This document shows, piece by piece, positions 16,286 to 26,885 of a stretch of 64,000 nucleotides of DNA. The translations under genes and the position numbers were made by a program. This stretch comes from a virus. The DNA lies in IMG/VR virus record IMGVR_UViG_3300028394_002011, one strand, 5' to 3'. The stretch's first letter is position 1, and each line of letters starts with the position of its first letter. Under the pieces are notes generated by a model. That model worked only from the letters and a program-made list of their open reading frames with translations, did no database searches and was not told where the DNA came from.

Positions 16286-16990
16286 ATAGCTACGACATGC
16301 CAATGCCTTAGCTTCAATTCCCCAATCACGACTAGAAGGAGTTATAATAACATGAACTCTTGGGATGCTGCCAGTATTTCTAATACAATGATTACTACCT
16401 AAATCCATTGAGCGGAAATCTCCCTCTGCCCACGGAACAGTGCCACCGTCTTCCAATACAAACTGAGCTCCGGGAGGATTAATAATAGCAATGTTCAAGG
16501 GCCCGCACAGCATTTGACCGTAGGGGTAATCTTTATGCGGACTAGAAGAACCTCCAGGATCTAATATCATTAATCTTATTCGAACAAAATCTGTTAACGG
16601 GTTATGTGTTTTAAGCCACGCTACTGTTTTAGGAAAAAATTTGCTAACGTCAGTCCAATCAGGAGTATCGTACTCTGTTATCATACCCTTCTCTTTATAA
16701 TATTCTGAAGAGTTGGTCATGACTGAAGAATATCCAAATAACGTAAGAGACCTCCAACCGGGGTGTCCCCGGTGTGCTATAGCTAACTCTACTTTATTTT
16801 TAATTTCTTCTTTGATTTCAGATACATCAGCATTTACGTCTAAACGCAGACTTTTACATTTACTGTCGTGCCTAATCCATTTGAAGAACATTTCTGTATC
16901 GTTTGTAATACCGGCAGGCGGCACCAACATATCTTTATTATGTTCTAAGTCTGCATTTATCTTAAAGAAATCTATTACTGTTTGATCCAT
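16256..16990 (-). CDS. Asp/Asn beta-hydroxylase-family oxygenase
   Basis: RIRLMILDPGG.SSPHKD ... NHCIRN..RVHVI. Confidence 0.78.
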   Translation of the reverse strand: MDQTVIDFFKINADLEHNKDMLVPPAGITNDTEMFFKWIRHDSKCKSLRLDVNADVSEIKEEIKNKVELAIAHRGHPGWRSLTLFGYSSVMTNSSEYYKEKGMITEYDTPDWTDVSKFFPKTVAWLKTHNPLTDFVRIRLMILDPGGSSSPHKDYPYGQMLCGPLNIAIINPPGAQFVLEDGGTVPWAEGDFRSMDLGSNHCIRNTGSIPRVHVIITPSSRDWGIEAKALACRSYLKNIQISKS

Positions 16991-17724
16991 GGTAGTATTT
17001 TAAACCTGTTGTCTAATTTTTTATTCTGTAATTCTTTAGCACTGGCACATGGGTAAGAATTCCCATCGGCTGTGTTAATAAACACATACCAGTCTATTTT
17101 ATCGTTGGCAAGTATATCTATTAATTCGTTTTGCATTTTTAATCTTAAGTTAACATCATAGAGTAACGAGTTAACAATATACATAAAACAATTACTGATA
17201 ACAAAAAATCCCTTACTTCCTTCGCAAGTCGCTAGAAATTCTTTAAATGCTAATTTATTAAAAATATCAACTTGTTGGTACGATGCATTAATATTTTTAT
17301 AAAGGCCCAAACTGGCATGTATAGCAGTAGGACTAATATCTATTATATAATGGTTACCTTTTAGTCCAATTGCATCTGGGTTAGTTGCGACCATTTTTCC
17401 TGCTGCCAACGATACCAAACAATCAAATGTTCCCCAGTGGTCACCTACTGCCAGCGCCGGATCATTATTATTTTCAAAATATAAATTATAGTTAAAAATG
17501 TCATTTACAATATGCAAATCATTCACAGTGTAAGGGACTTCTTCTTGATGTGATAATTTACCTATTTCTACAAATCTGCTATTGTCAGCTGGAATGGAAG
17601 TACTGTATTGTACCTCAACTTTATCAAGTGATAATTCAGCCAGATGATATTCAGCCAGTCGTCGGGCTAAATTATTTAAACTTTCATTTTGATAGTCTTT
17701 TTCTATCAAATAAATTTTTTCCAT
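16975..17724 (-). CDS. hypothetical protein
   Basis: 249 aa, overlaps the downstream gene start. Confidence 0.75.
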   Translation of the reverse strand: MEKIYLIEKDYQNESLNNLARRLAEYHLAELSLDKVEVQYSTSIPADNSRFVEIGKLSHQEEVPYTVNDLHIVNDIFNYNLYFENNNDPALAVGDHWGTFDCLVSLAAGKMVATNPDAIGLKGNHYIIDISPTAIHASLGLYKNINASYQQVDIFNKLAFKEFLATCEGSKGFFVISNCFMYIVNSLLYDVNLRLKMQNELIDILANDKIDWYVFINTADGNSYPCASAKELQNKKLDNRFKILPWIKQ

Positions 17725-17757
17725 GAGATAATATTCCTGTGATAACTCTATAATACT

Positions 17758-19035
17758 TTATCGTTGCATAAGCTCGGCTAATTCTGGAACCACCATGGTC
17801 CAGTCTTGTCCTCTAGATTTGTCTAAGTATTTGGTGTATCTTATAAACTCGTCCATGTGTTCAGACATATCTTTAGCATCCATGAAAGTTAAAATATTAT
17901 TCAATATAGAGATAGCTGAACTATTTCCTTCGAATTTTTCTATATAATTATTGTAATGATTTCGTATTTTATCTTTTATGTCTTTAGGAAATATCTGAAT
18001 ATTTGCAGTTTCTGGTTGATATGCTACGTGATGCATGACTACAGGAAATTCTTTAAAATTATTAATATTTGTAAATCCACTTTTAGTTACTTTCCACCAC
18101 ATGTATTCAGGAAATTGATAAACATTGGATGTTGTAACTGTGGCGGTTATTGCGCCTAAAATATTAGAATTCTCTCTACATATCTCATCGAGCTTATGTA
18201 GATTTTTAAGTATAGAATTCCAGTCTGAAGGATATCGTTGATAATTAAGAACAGCACCCATACCGTCGATGCTAGCGCCTACTCTGACTAATTTAAATTT
18301 CTTCCATAATTCTACCAACCTATCAGGCAAAGTTGTTAGGTTGGTGTTGTAGGCTAAAGTTATTTTGTCTGCTCTATTTTGTTCTATACATTCTTTTAAC
18401 ATCTGTTCTTGTTCTTCTATCAAAAAAGGCTCGCCACCAGCCATGAAAATATATTCAGTTGTATCAATAGTTCCTTTCATCTGGTCCCAAAAATTTTGTT
18501 TCGATGGCCAATCATAGTGGTTCGTTACCAATCGGCCTTTGTCATTCCTTACTAATTTAATAAATTTTCCGTCATCATGAAACCCGTCTTCTTTACGATA
18601 GTCGGCCCATTCCTCATACCAAGAATGGCTAGCACTAGGGTCACACATTCTACATTTGATGTTACAAAAGTTACCAAATCTCAAATCCCAATATCTTGGC
18701 CCGTAGTCTACAGAACCATCTTCTTTGGTTGTCGCAACAGCAGTATCGTAGTTGAATCTATCATGCCATTCGACAGCATCGTGCATTCTAGCAGTTTCTA
18801 TTCCTAGATCTTCGAGATTTTTACAAGGATAACAGGATTCGTCCCACTCTCCGTTAAGCATTTTTTTTCTAACTCTACGAACGAGATCGCCATTAAATGA
18901 TTCTTTAAGATTACCTTCACCGGCATTGAACTCAGGTGTTTCTTTTGCAAGACAACACATTTTTATGCCGCCATCTGGTCTGACCATTTGGTGTATCCAA
19001 GGTCTAGGGCAGAACGTTTTTCTTTTAGAATCCAT
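17758..19035 (-). CDS. radical SAM protein with N-terminal SPASM/twitch domain
   Basis: CNIKCRMC; GGEP; N-terminal CPRPW...DGGIKMCC...CYPC. Confidence 0.92.
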   Translation of the reverse strand: MDSKRKTFCPRPWIHQMVRPDGGIKMCCLAKETPEFNAGEGNLKESFNGDLVRRVRKKMLNGEWDESCYPCKNLEDLGIETARMHDAVEWHDRFNYDTAVATTKEDGSVDYGPRYWDLRFGNFCNIKCRMCDPSASHSWYEEWADYRKEDGFHDDGKFIKLVRNDKGRLVTNHYDWPSKQNFWDQMKGTIDTTEYIFMAGGEPFLIEEQEQMLKECIEQNRADKITLAYNTNLTTLPDRLVELWKKFKLVRVGASIDGMGAVLNYQRYPSDWNSILKNLHKLDEICRENSNILGAITATVTTSNVYQFPEYMWWKVTKSGFTNINNFKEFPVVMHHVAYQPETANIQIFPKDIKDKIRNHYNNYIEKFEGNSSAISILNNILTFMDAKDMSEHMDEFIRYTKYLDKSRGQDWTMVVPELAELMQR

Positions 19036-19060
19036 AAAATCAATATCCTTATTGGCGGAA

Positions 19061-19068
19061 TATTTATC
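19061..19068 (-). promoter_or_regulatory. late-type promoter (divergent pair)
   Basis: GATAAATA on minus; GTAAATA at 19071-19077 on plus. Confidence 0.55.
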
Positions 19069-19124
19069 AAGTAAATAGTGCTATGAAACATTTTTACTTA
19101 ACAGCTATAGGACACAATTAACGA

Positions 19125-19688
19125 ATGGAGCAACTTCTAAACAAACCTATCATATGCGAAGTTGAAACTGGAACGTCGACTCTTCAACATACTCTTTCTA
19201 ATGTTATTATACAAGGCAACGATAATAGCGAGTTGATCTATATCGATGGAGCATTCGACGGCGGCAGTCCTATCTATCTTGGACTTACAAAATCAAGAGG
19301 CGACTCACAAAATAAACTCCCTGTAGAAGCAGGCGATGTGCTAGGTGGATTGCAAGTATACGGTAGAATCAAAGCTGGTGACAGTATGGGTTACAATCAT
19401 CTTGAGACTCCGTTATGCGGCAGTGTGATGTTTAAAGTAGCAGATAACTATCAAGCAGGAGATATATCAATTCCAACTGAGTTGTTGATTGTAGTAGGAA
19501 ACGAAAAGTCTTTAGAAATAAAGATTGTTGTTGATTCAAAGGGCAATCTTAAAATAGCTGGAAATATTGAAACTGGGAATTTAACAATAACCGACGAAGC
19601 TGTGGTTCCAAGTAATCCTATTCCAACTAAGTATGTAAAAACAATATATCAGGGTGTTAGCTATGCCCTGCCACTATACCAAATTTAA
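19125..19688 (+). CDS. tail-fibre-like structural protein fragment
   Basis: TKSRG..KLPVEAGDVLGGLQVYG resembles SSKG..PTALQAGDSLGQINFQG of the 6541 fibre. Confidence 0.6.
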   Translation: MEQLLNKPIICEVETGTSTLQHTLSNVIIQGNDNSELIYIDGAFDGGSPIYLGLTKSRGDSQNKLPVEAGDVLGGLQVYGRIKAGDSMGYNHLETPLCGSVMFKVADNYQAGDISIPTELLIVVGNEKSLEIKIVVDSKGNLKIAGNIETGNLTITDEAVVPSNPIPTKYVKTIYQGVSYALPLYQI

Positions 19689-19689
19689 T

Positions 19690-20904
19690 ATGACTCCACA
19701 ATCTTTCAGTTATCCTACAGTGGGTTTAGACGGTATTATTTACGTTCCCCCATACGGGTTATCGGCATCGTTAAATTATATGTTAGCTATCAATCCTGTT
19801 ACATATGATATTCTTAAAATATCGTTGACTGTCAATTCTAGTAGTGAAAAATGGACTTTTGGTATTACGGTAGGAGATGAAATATTTTGGTTACCTTATG
19901 GAGAAGGTTGTGTATTAGTATACAATACTTTGCTCAAAACGGTTAGCTATATTAATATAGATTGGCCAGCTGGCGTTGGAGACACTCTTGGAAAATATGT
20001 ACAGGGGCATGTGTACAACAACAAAATTTATGCGCTGCCGTACGGCGAAGATAAGCCATTAGACTATCTACTTGTTATAGATTTAATAACACGAACTACC
20101 GAACTAAAATATATACCAGTTCCAATAAATGATTGTAAAAAATGGCATCAGAGCGTTCTTTATAAAAATAAAATTTACGCCGCGCCACGTGGTGCTTACA
20201 CGCCTTTTAATTTTGCGATAGAATATAACTGCGGTGATGGAACTATTAAGTTGTCTGATCTTTCTAATTTATATAAAGAACATTCAGAAACATCTATGAA
20301 ATTTACTACGATTGCACTGCTAAACGATACTATCTATGCGGCGCCGTATGGATACGACGACAACTTTGACTACATGTTAAAGAACAAGAACGGCGAGTGG
20401 AGTTGTGAACGTACTGGAATTGTTGGCACTACCCGCAAGTACTTTACTCATGTTAAAACTGCAAATAATAAATTATACTTTCCTCCAGCAGGGCATCATT
20501 CTGCATGGAGTAAGTTTTTAATCATAGATAATGGTATAACCACTATTGATTTGGATGTTACCAAGGAAACTAAAAAATACTTTGCAGGCATAGAAAACAG
20601 TCAAGGAAAAGTGTACTATATTCCACGGGGAGGTTGTGTGTGCGACCCGGATGCTGATTTAAAACTCACAGGAGATCTTGCTGAAATACTGGTAGTCGAT
20701 TCCAATGATGATAGTTATTATACTGTAGATGTAAGTGAGTGCTTTACTGACAACACAACTATTGAAAAATATAATGCCTGTTGCATTGTGAACGATGTTA
20801 TATTTGCAATGCCGTATGGAGAAAGCGAATCATTCCAAACAGTGTTAGTGTTTGATACTAAGACTGAGAAAATTATTAAGACATTGGATTTAAATGACTT
20901 ATAA
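19690..20904 (+). CDS. beta-propeller (kelch-like) protein
   Basis: About 8 repeats of (K/I)Y(A/F)xP(Y/R)G; start moved to MTPQSF. Confidence 0.75.
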   Translation: MTPQSFSYPTVGLDGIIYVPPYGLSASLNYMLAINPVTYDILKISLTVNSSSEKWTFGITVGDEIFWLPYGEGCVLVYNTLLKTVSYINIDWPAGVGDTLGKYVQGHVYNNKIYALPYGEDKPLDYLLVIDLITRTTELKYIPVPINDCKKWHQSVLYKNKIYAAPRGAYTPFNFAIEYNCGDGTIKLSDLSNLYKEHSETSMKFTTIALLNDTIYAAPYGYDDNFDYMLKNKNGEWSCERTGIVGTTRKYFTHVKTANNKLYFPPAGHHSAWSKFLIIDNGITTIDLDVTKETKKYFAGIENSQGKVYYIPRGGCVCDPDADLKLTGDLAEILVVDSNDDSYYTVDVSECFTDNTTIEKYNACCIVNDVIFAMPYGESESFQTVLVFDTKTEKIIKTLDLNDL

Positions 20905-22057
20905 ATCGTTCGAAGACTACTACAAAAAAGCCACAATTAAACACTTGGTTCTATTTAAACATGACAACTATTTGATCAGTCCACCGTTTTGTACAGACAA
21001 GTGTAAAGATTACAGTCGTGTACTGATTTACAAGGACGGAGAAGTAGTATGGGTTGATGTAGACACTCCGCCTGCTACTAGCAAATATAACTCTATGGCA
21101 AGTATAGGCAACAGCGTATTTTTTGCACCGTATGCGATATGGGACGAATTCAATACAATTTTAGAATTAGATTTTTCTGCTAATATTAAAGCAAAATATC
21201 ATTCAATAGATAGTAATGTAACTGGACAATTTTATAATATAGCATCTGACGGCATGACTGCATTCTCGGCACCGTTAGGATATAGTATTATTAATTTTGC
21301 ATTGTTTATTAAAGACGGTTCAGTTAAACAAATACCAATCCCGCCAAATGACTCTTTAAAACGTCACATGGGGTGCGTGTTTGCCAATGGAAACTATTAT
21401 AGTCCGCCACGCGGCGAAACTTTAGATTATGATAGTATTTTAAAATTCAATCCCAATACTGAAGAAGTCACAATGATTAAAGTTAATAACCTTCCTTTAA
21501 GTAAACGTAAGTACAGTGATTTTATACAGGTGGGTAACAAGTTATTTGCATTGCCATTTGGTCGTGGCGGCGATCTGCGCCATATGCTAGTATTAGATAC
21601 TATTACAGATAGTACAGAACTAGTGGAGTTGAATTTGCCGCCATTCATGAAAAAATACAATGTGGGAGTGCTACTTGACGATATTATTATAGCAGTGCCT
21701 TACGGGCACAAAGATGATGGCGACGCTAACTACGGTCTTGTGTTTAATACAACTACTTACGAACACACTACATTTGATATTGGACAATCTTTTGGAGGGA
21801 AATATCGATTTCGTTGCGGTATAGTTTATAATAATGTTGCGTTATTTTTTCCTACAGGAACGCCTAATGCCGACATAGTTGCTATAGATAAAACTGGAAC
21901 TATTATATTTAGAAAATCATTTCCTGAATATATTTTAGGAAGACCTATAGAATACAATGGGTTAATATACACGTTAGCTTATCAAGTAGTGACACAGGCG
22001 CATTGCTTAATAACACTAGATAAAGATTACAACATAAACTTTGAGGTACTATTCTAA
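20894..22057 (+). CDS. beta-propeller protein, paralogue of the upstream gene
   Basis: Repeats FAPY, SAPLG, SPPRG, ALPFG, AVPYG, FFPTG. Confidence 0.72.
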   Translation: MTYKSFEDYYKKATIKHLVLFKHDNYLISPPFCTDKCKDYSRVLIYKDGEVVWVDVDTPPATSKYNSMASIGNSVFFAPYAIWDEFNTILELDFSANIKAKYHSIDSNVTGQFYNIASDGMTAFSAPLGYSIINFALFIKDGSVKQIPIPPNDSLKRHMGCVFANGNYYSPPRGETLDYDSILKFNPNTEEVTMIKVNNLPLSKRKYSDFIQVGNKLFALPFGRGGDLRHMLVLDTITDSTELVELNLPPFMKKYNVGVLLDDIIIAVPYGHKDDGDANYGLVFNTTTYEHTTFDIGQSFGGKYRFRCGIVYNNVALFFPTGTPNADIVAIDKTGTIIFRKSFPEYILGRPIEYNGLIYTLAYQVVTQAHCLITLDKDYNINFEVLF

Positions 22058-23148
22058 TGCCAAAATGTAATGCGTTAAGCAACCACCTATGTGTTGATAC
22101 AGATGTTAGATTTAGGCCGTGCTGTGTGTTTAACAAACTTAGCGGAAATACAATTGAAGCAGGTAGCTTAGATTGGAATACATATAATCTTACGTTTCTT
22201 AGAGATGTAAAAACTGCAATGGAAACTGGATGGCACGCAGGCTGCGAGGGTTGCAGACTTGATGAAGAGCTTGGCAAAGGTAGTCCACGTATGCGGTACA
22301 ATCAAACATTCACAGGTGTTGATAATCAATTAGAATTTTTAGATATTAGTTTTGCAAATGAATGTAATTTAACTTGCAAAATGTGCGGCCCACCTGCTAG
22401 TAGCAAATGGGAAAAGTTAATTATCAAGCATCCAGATTTAAAAACATATCGGTATTATCAATTGAATGACTATGCTAATAGATCGGTGCATAGTATATTA
22501 CAATCTTTAGATTTTAAATACGTAAACGAGATAAAATTACAAGGCGGTGAACCGTTCATTGGTAATAATTTAGAATTGATGATACAAGAAATTAAAAATA
22601 AAGGATCTTTAGAAAATATTTCTTTACGTACAAGTACTAATTGCACAGCGTTTCCTAAATCTGTAGTTTCTGATCTATTAAAATTTAAAAGATTATCAAT
22701 AGCATTAAGCATTGATGGCATCGATGAGTTGTGTAATTATATACGAACCGGGTGTTCTTGGGAGAAGGTATTTAAAGTAGTTGAAAAATGGATTGAACTT
22801 GCTAGTACTAATCCGCAAATTCATCTTAACATAGCTTTTACATTACAGGCATTAAATTTGCATCAGTTCTTATTAGTAAAACAATGGGCGGCTCATCATA
22901 ACATACCAATTTATATTGATTTGCTGAAAGGGCCGCCGGAGTTATCCATTTATAGTTTGCCAAAAGATTATATCATGGAGTTAGATAATAATGGGTTATT
23001 AGATGATGAACTAAAACGATTGTTAGTTGGTCCTAGTTATGACCCAACAAATTTATTAAAATTAATAACAATGCAGGATGTTGCTATGAAAACTAGTATT
23101 GAAGAAACAATACCAATGTTACACAAAAGTTTAACTAACTTTTTTTAA
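22057..23148 (+). CDS. radical SAM protein with N-terminal SPASM/twitch domain
   Basis: CNLTCKMC; GGEP; N-terminal RPCC...CEGC. Confidence 0.9.
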   Translation: MPKCNALSNHLCVDTDVRFRPCCVFNKLSGNTIEAGSLDWNTYNLTFLRDVKTAMETGWHAGCEGCRLDEELGKGSPRMRYNQTFTGVDNQLEFLDISFANECNLTCKMCGPPASSKWEKLIIKHPDLKTYRYYQLNDYANRSVHSILQSLDFKYVNEIKLQGGEPFIGNNLELMIQEIKNKGSLENISLRTSTNCTAFPKSVVSDLLKFKRLSIALSIDGIDELCNYIRTGCSWEKVFKVVEKWIELASTNPQIHLNIAFTLQALNLHQFLLVKQWAAHHNIPIYIDLLKGPPELSIYSLPKDYIMELDNNGLLDDELKRLLVGPSYDPTNLLKLITMQDVAMKTSIEETIPMLHKSLTNFF

Positions 23149-24033
23149 ATAAATATCACTTAGGCAGGTACACTTAGTATTTCCACATACAATCGGATCT
23201 GTAGGTAGTATATATTGTTCAAGAGTTCCAATCTTGCCACCGTACAAACAATCACTACGATAGATGTCTCCCCAATGATCCACGCAGATCATATCGATGC
23301 CTGCCCAACACTTCCATCCTGCATGATTATTTTTACCCGACATAATTAATTCGTTGGCACTGATTTCAACTCCATCTAGTAACAGTTTGCCTCTATGTAA
23401 TTTTTGGTCTGGTAAGTTACGTAAAAATTTCCATTCTTTAATTATTTTAAGTTGGGCAACTGAGAAATTTCCAGGATTGTTAGTATAAGAACCTTCTTGT
23501 TTATCAAGTACTACTTTTGGCCACATTGCAACAGTGGGTGATGCATTATACAAAGTTTCAGCTATGGATAACATATTGTCAAAATTTTCTGGAGTAAACA
23601 TAACATTAACTCCTTTAAGCCCATCAACGTTTTGTAAGATAGAAACAAAATGATTTATATTAGCATACTCTGGATGATAGCTTAATATCATGCCATCAGT
23701 ATATTGCGACAATTGTTGATAGTACTCTACTGTTTGACTTCCGTTAGTTAGGTAACTAAAAATATGACCTTTGCTTTTAACTAGTTTAGCAAGCGAAAGA
23801 AAATGTTTCCAATGAGTAGGCTCTCCACCACTTATACGATAGCAAACTTCTTTACCTGCATAATCAAAGTTTTCTACAAATTGTTTGACAGTAGCCCAAT
23901 CAGGCCACCCTGATGACCCATCATGCAAAAATGTTGGGCAATAACTGCATTTGTAGTTACATTTATTTCCCAAGGTCCAACTAACTAAAAACCAATTTGC
24001 CTTGGCAGGATCGTAATATGTTAATTCGCTCAT
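23131..24033 (-). CDS. radical SAM protein (C-terminal Cys cluster)
   Basis: CNYKCSYC; SGGEP; C-terminal CWAG...C...CTC. Confidence 0.92.
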   Translation of the reverse strand: MSELTYYDPAKANWFLVSWTLGNKCNYKCSYCPTFLHDGSSGWPDWATVKQFVENFDYAGKEVCYRISGGEPTHWKHFLSLAKLVKSKGHIFSYLTNGSQTVEYYQQLSQYTDGMILSYHPEYANINHFVSILQNVDGLKGVNVMFTPENFDNMLSIAETLYNASPTVAMWPKVVLDKQEGSYTNNPGNFSVAQLKIIKEWKFLRNLPDQKLHRGKLLLDGVEISANELIMSGKNNHAGWKCWAGIDMICVDHWGDIYRSDCLYGGKIGTLEQYILPTDPIVCGNTKCTCLSDIYLKKVS

Positions 24034-24686
24034 TGACTCATCATATTTTTTAGAATAGTATTGAAATTCTTTTCAGTCATTTTAACAGTAAGTATCATTG
24101 AATATACGCTATCTGTAAAACTAAAAACACTATGTTCAAGTTGAAAATTAACAAAGTATACATATCCAGGATCAAGGTAAACTGGTTTGCCATCGATCAT
24201 TTGCACAAAATGTTCTGGCTTGCATTTCCCAAATACAATAATTAACCTAATATAATCTGGAGAATAGCCAGGGTGATCAATATGTGGAGGGAAATAACCG
24301 CCAGCACCTATTTTTAAAAAATGCACACGACCAATGTCAGGTGTGAACATATCTATAATTTCTTGAATTTGTGGAAGAGCATGATACACTTCTGTAGGAG
24401 TTATAAAATTATCTTCACGCATTTCTTCAGTGTGATACTCTTGCATATAGCCAAAACTGTTAAGGTGATAGTTGTCCATGACATCACCAGTGTGGCTAGT
24501 AACAGGCAGTCCCCACCTGTTGTTGTGGCTATCTTTTTTTACATTATACGGGCACCAATTGTTCTTAAATTTTTCTAAATCATGCTCTAACTTACTAGGG
24601 TCAACACACATTTGTAATTTAATATATTGCCCCATGTTAGCAAGACTGTTAAACAACAGTCCTCTTTCAATTTCATCTTGTGTCAT
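24030..24686 (-). CDS. Asp/Asn beta-hydroxylase-family oxygenase
   Basis: GGYFPPHID ... YFVNFQLEHSVF. Confidence 0.75.
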   Translation of the reverse strand: MTQDEIERGLLFNSLANMGQYIKLQMCVDPSKLEHDLEKFKNNWCPYNVKKDSHNNRWGLPVTSHTGDVMDNYHLNSFGYMQEYHTEEMREDNFITPTEVYHALPQIQEIIDMFTPDIGRVHFLKIGAGGYFPPHIDHPGYSPDYIRLIIVFGKCKPEHFVQMIDGKPVYLDPGYVYFVNFQLEHSVFSFTDSVYSMILTVKMTEKNFNTILKNMMSQ

Positions 24687-24703
24687 GTGTTGTTCTCTTT
24701 GGA

Positions 24704-26002
24704 TTATCTTAAATTACTTAATTCTGGAAATATTTTTCTAAAATTAGTGCCGCGTTGGGCATCGCATGTTTCTAAATATTCAATGGTTGAAGGAAGTTTG
24801 CTAGACCAATCTTCGGACATCATATATTTAATTATTCCCATCCACCGTTGCAAGCCATACGAATTTGACATAAACTCTAAGTCGTGTGTGTTTTTAGAAC
24901 AAAAATAAGTTATTTGAGATTCTATTTCTTTTTTAATGTGTATAGGTAAAACCCTAATACTAAGATAGCTAGGAAGATAAACCAAATGAGTACCTATCAA
25001 TCCTGCACCGTACGGTGGCATGTTGATCTTCTTAAAATTCATACTGCGTTTCCATTGTACTAGATCCGGTAAATTCATTATGTTTAATAATTGCACAGCA
25101 CAGGCTATGTTTACAATAATGTTATCCGGTGTATCATCTAATCGTTGAAGATTCTTAATAATAGTTGACCACTTGCTTGGATATCTAATGTAATCGTTCT
25201 TCTCTCCCACAGCGTCAATGCTAAAATTAAATTTTACCTGTTTAAATTTACTCCACAAGTCAAATAATTTTTCTGGAAGTTCTAATCCGTTACTGTTGTA
25301 TCTTAAAACACAATCTTTAGCAACTCCGGATTCTATAATGAACTCTAGTATTTTATAATGTTCGGGTATAATTAAAGGCTCGCCGCCAGCAAAATATAAC
25401 TCTCGAATGTTACTAGCTTGGTCTTTCATGGTATCTAAGAAACTGCCTTTTTGATACCATGTATAATCAAACGTTAAATCCCAGCCTTGATCTTGTTTAA
25501 GATCTATAGTCTTATATTTTGGATACTGTATCTTCCATTCTTTGATCCAACTACTACTGTCATGAGGACTACACATCACACACTTGAGTTGGCACATATT
25601 TCCTAATCGTAAATCAAAGTACGGAATGTTAACTGGAAGACTTCCATCGGCCTCGGTTTGAGATACAATACTATCAATATTCAATCGATCTTTCCACACT
25701 ATTGTTTCCCAATTACGCTTACTTTTAATACCTTGGCTTTCTTCCTGGAAACATTTGGTACAACTACTTGGAATTTTATTATCCAGCATTTGTAATCTCA
25801 CATTGCGCATAAATTCACTATTCCAAACTTCTGTAATAGTGTGCGTTTTAAGATTCATGCCTGTTACAAGACCTGCATCCTTAACATCAACCATACCCGC
25901 ACCGCTGGCATTTGCTGTACAGCATACTCTAACATCGCCGTTTGGCCGGGTAGCAAGATGTATCCACGGTAGCGGACAGAATGTATTACTTTGATTTGAC
26001 AT
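24704..26002 (-). CDS. radical SAM protein with N-terminal SPASM/twitch domain
   Basis: CQLKCVMC; AGGEP; CPLPWIH...GDVRVCC...CTKC. Confidence 0.93.
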   Translation of the reverse strand: MSNQSNTFCPLPWIHLATRPNGDVRVCCTANASGAGMVDVKDAGLVTGMNLKTHTITEVWNSEFMRNVRLQMLDNKIPSSCTKCFQEESQGIKSKRNWETIVWKDRLNIDSIVSQTEADGSLPVNIPYFDLRLGNMCQLKCVMCSPHDSSSWIKEWKIQYPKYKTIDLKQDQGWDLTFDYTWYQKGSFLDTMKDQASNIRELYFAGGEPLIIPEHYKILEFIIESGVAKDCVLRYNSNGLELPEKLFDLWSKFKQVKFNFSIDAVGEKNDYIRYPSKWSTIIKNLQRLDDTPDNIIVNIACAVQLLNIMNLPDLVQWKRSMNFKKINMPPYGAGLIGTHLVYLPSYLSIRVLPIHIKKEIESQITYFCSKNTHDLEFMSNSYGLQRWMGIIKYMMSEDWSSKLPSTIEYLETCDAQRGTNFRKIFPELSNLR

Positions 26003-26030
26003 TTTTATATTTTGTGTACCATGCTTAGTT

Positions 26031-26885
26031 TCATTTCATTAAGTATCGTAATAACGGACTTAGTCCAACAAAATTGCCAGTTTGATTAAACGCCATATGT
26101 ATTGCATTAGACGGAGTCAGATTAAAATCTTTACAGATCTTAGCATTTAAATCTCCGTAAGAACTCCAAAGATAATCTGACTGAACATTATCAAGTATAT
26201 AGTTCCCAACGATAGCTCCCATTCTCAATTCCATGTGAAAGTCATTCATTATACTGATACTGTCAGGCAACAGATGTTTTGACCAACGTAAGCCGATTCT
26301 GTTCCAGCCAAGACCTAATCCCTTGCTCAAACTTATGCCCACGGATTTGATTGCAGGATGACCTATATCAAAGTCAATTCCGCGGCAACAAGTAAGCCAA
26401 GCACCATCCACATGTACATCAACATTTTTGTCTTGTGCTTCATTTAATATCTCCGTCATTTGATTATGTACTGCACCTGTGCTAGGAAATGGCATTGCAA
26501 TAATTAAAGGTATGCTTTCTTTTAGTGTACCTGGATATGTTGCTTGGTTGCCTAGTCTTTCATGGTACCGATAATCTCCAACAATAACTTGAGGTGGTCC
26601 TTGCATGTAGATATTATCTATAAATTGAGTACACCCGTTTATAATGTCCACACGATTAAAATTGTTAAAGCCTGATAGATGATTTAATCTTGAATCAAGT
26701 ATCCATTTACTAGCCTTTTCTTTAAATGTAGTGTTGGCAGTTATTCTGTGGTCGACTTCAAGTCCGCCGAAGCCGGTCATTACTTTTGAAAATAATGATT
26801 CTAAATGATTATCGCATAATGCTTGAGGCCGTTCAACTTCTAACCATTTAGCATCATATTCGGGAGCTATTTTTACTCGTTCCAT
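26031..26885 (-). CDS. PLP-dependent enzyme (fold type I)
   Basis: VHVDGAW and SLSKGLG (Schiff-base Lys). Confidence 0.75.
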   Translation of the reverse strand: MERVKIAPEYDAKWLEVERPQALCDNHLESLFSKVMTGFGGLEVDHRITANTTFKEKASKWILDSRLNHLSGFNNFNRVDIINGCTQFIDNIYMQGPPQVIVGDYRYHERLGNQATYPGTLKESIPLIIAMPFPSTGAVHNQMTEILNEAQDKNVDVHVDGAWLTCCRGIDFDIGHPAIKSVGISLSKGLGLGWNRIGLRWSKHLLPDSISIMNDFHMELRMGAIVGNYILDNVQSDYLWSSYGDLNAKICKDFNLTPSNAIHMAFNQTGNFVGLSPLLRYLMK

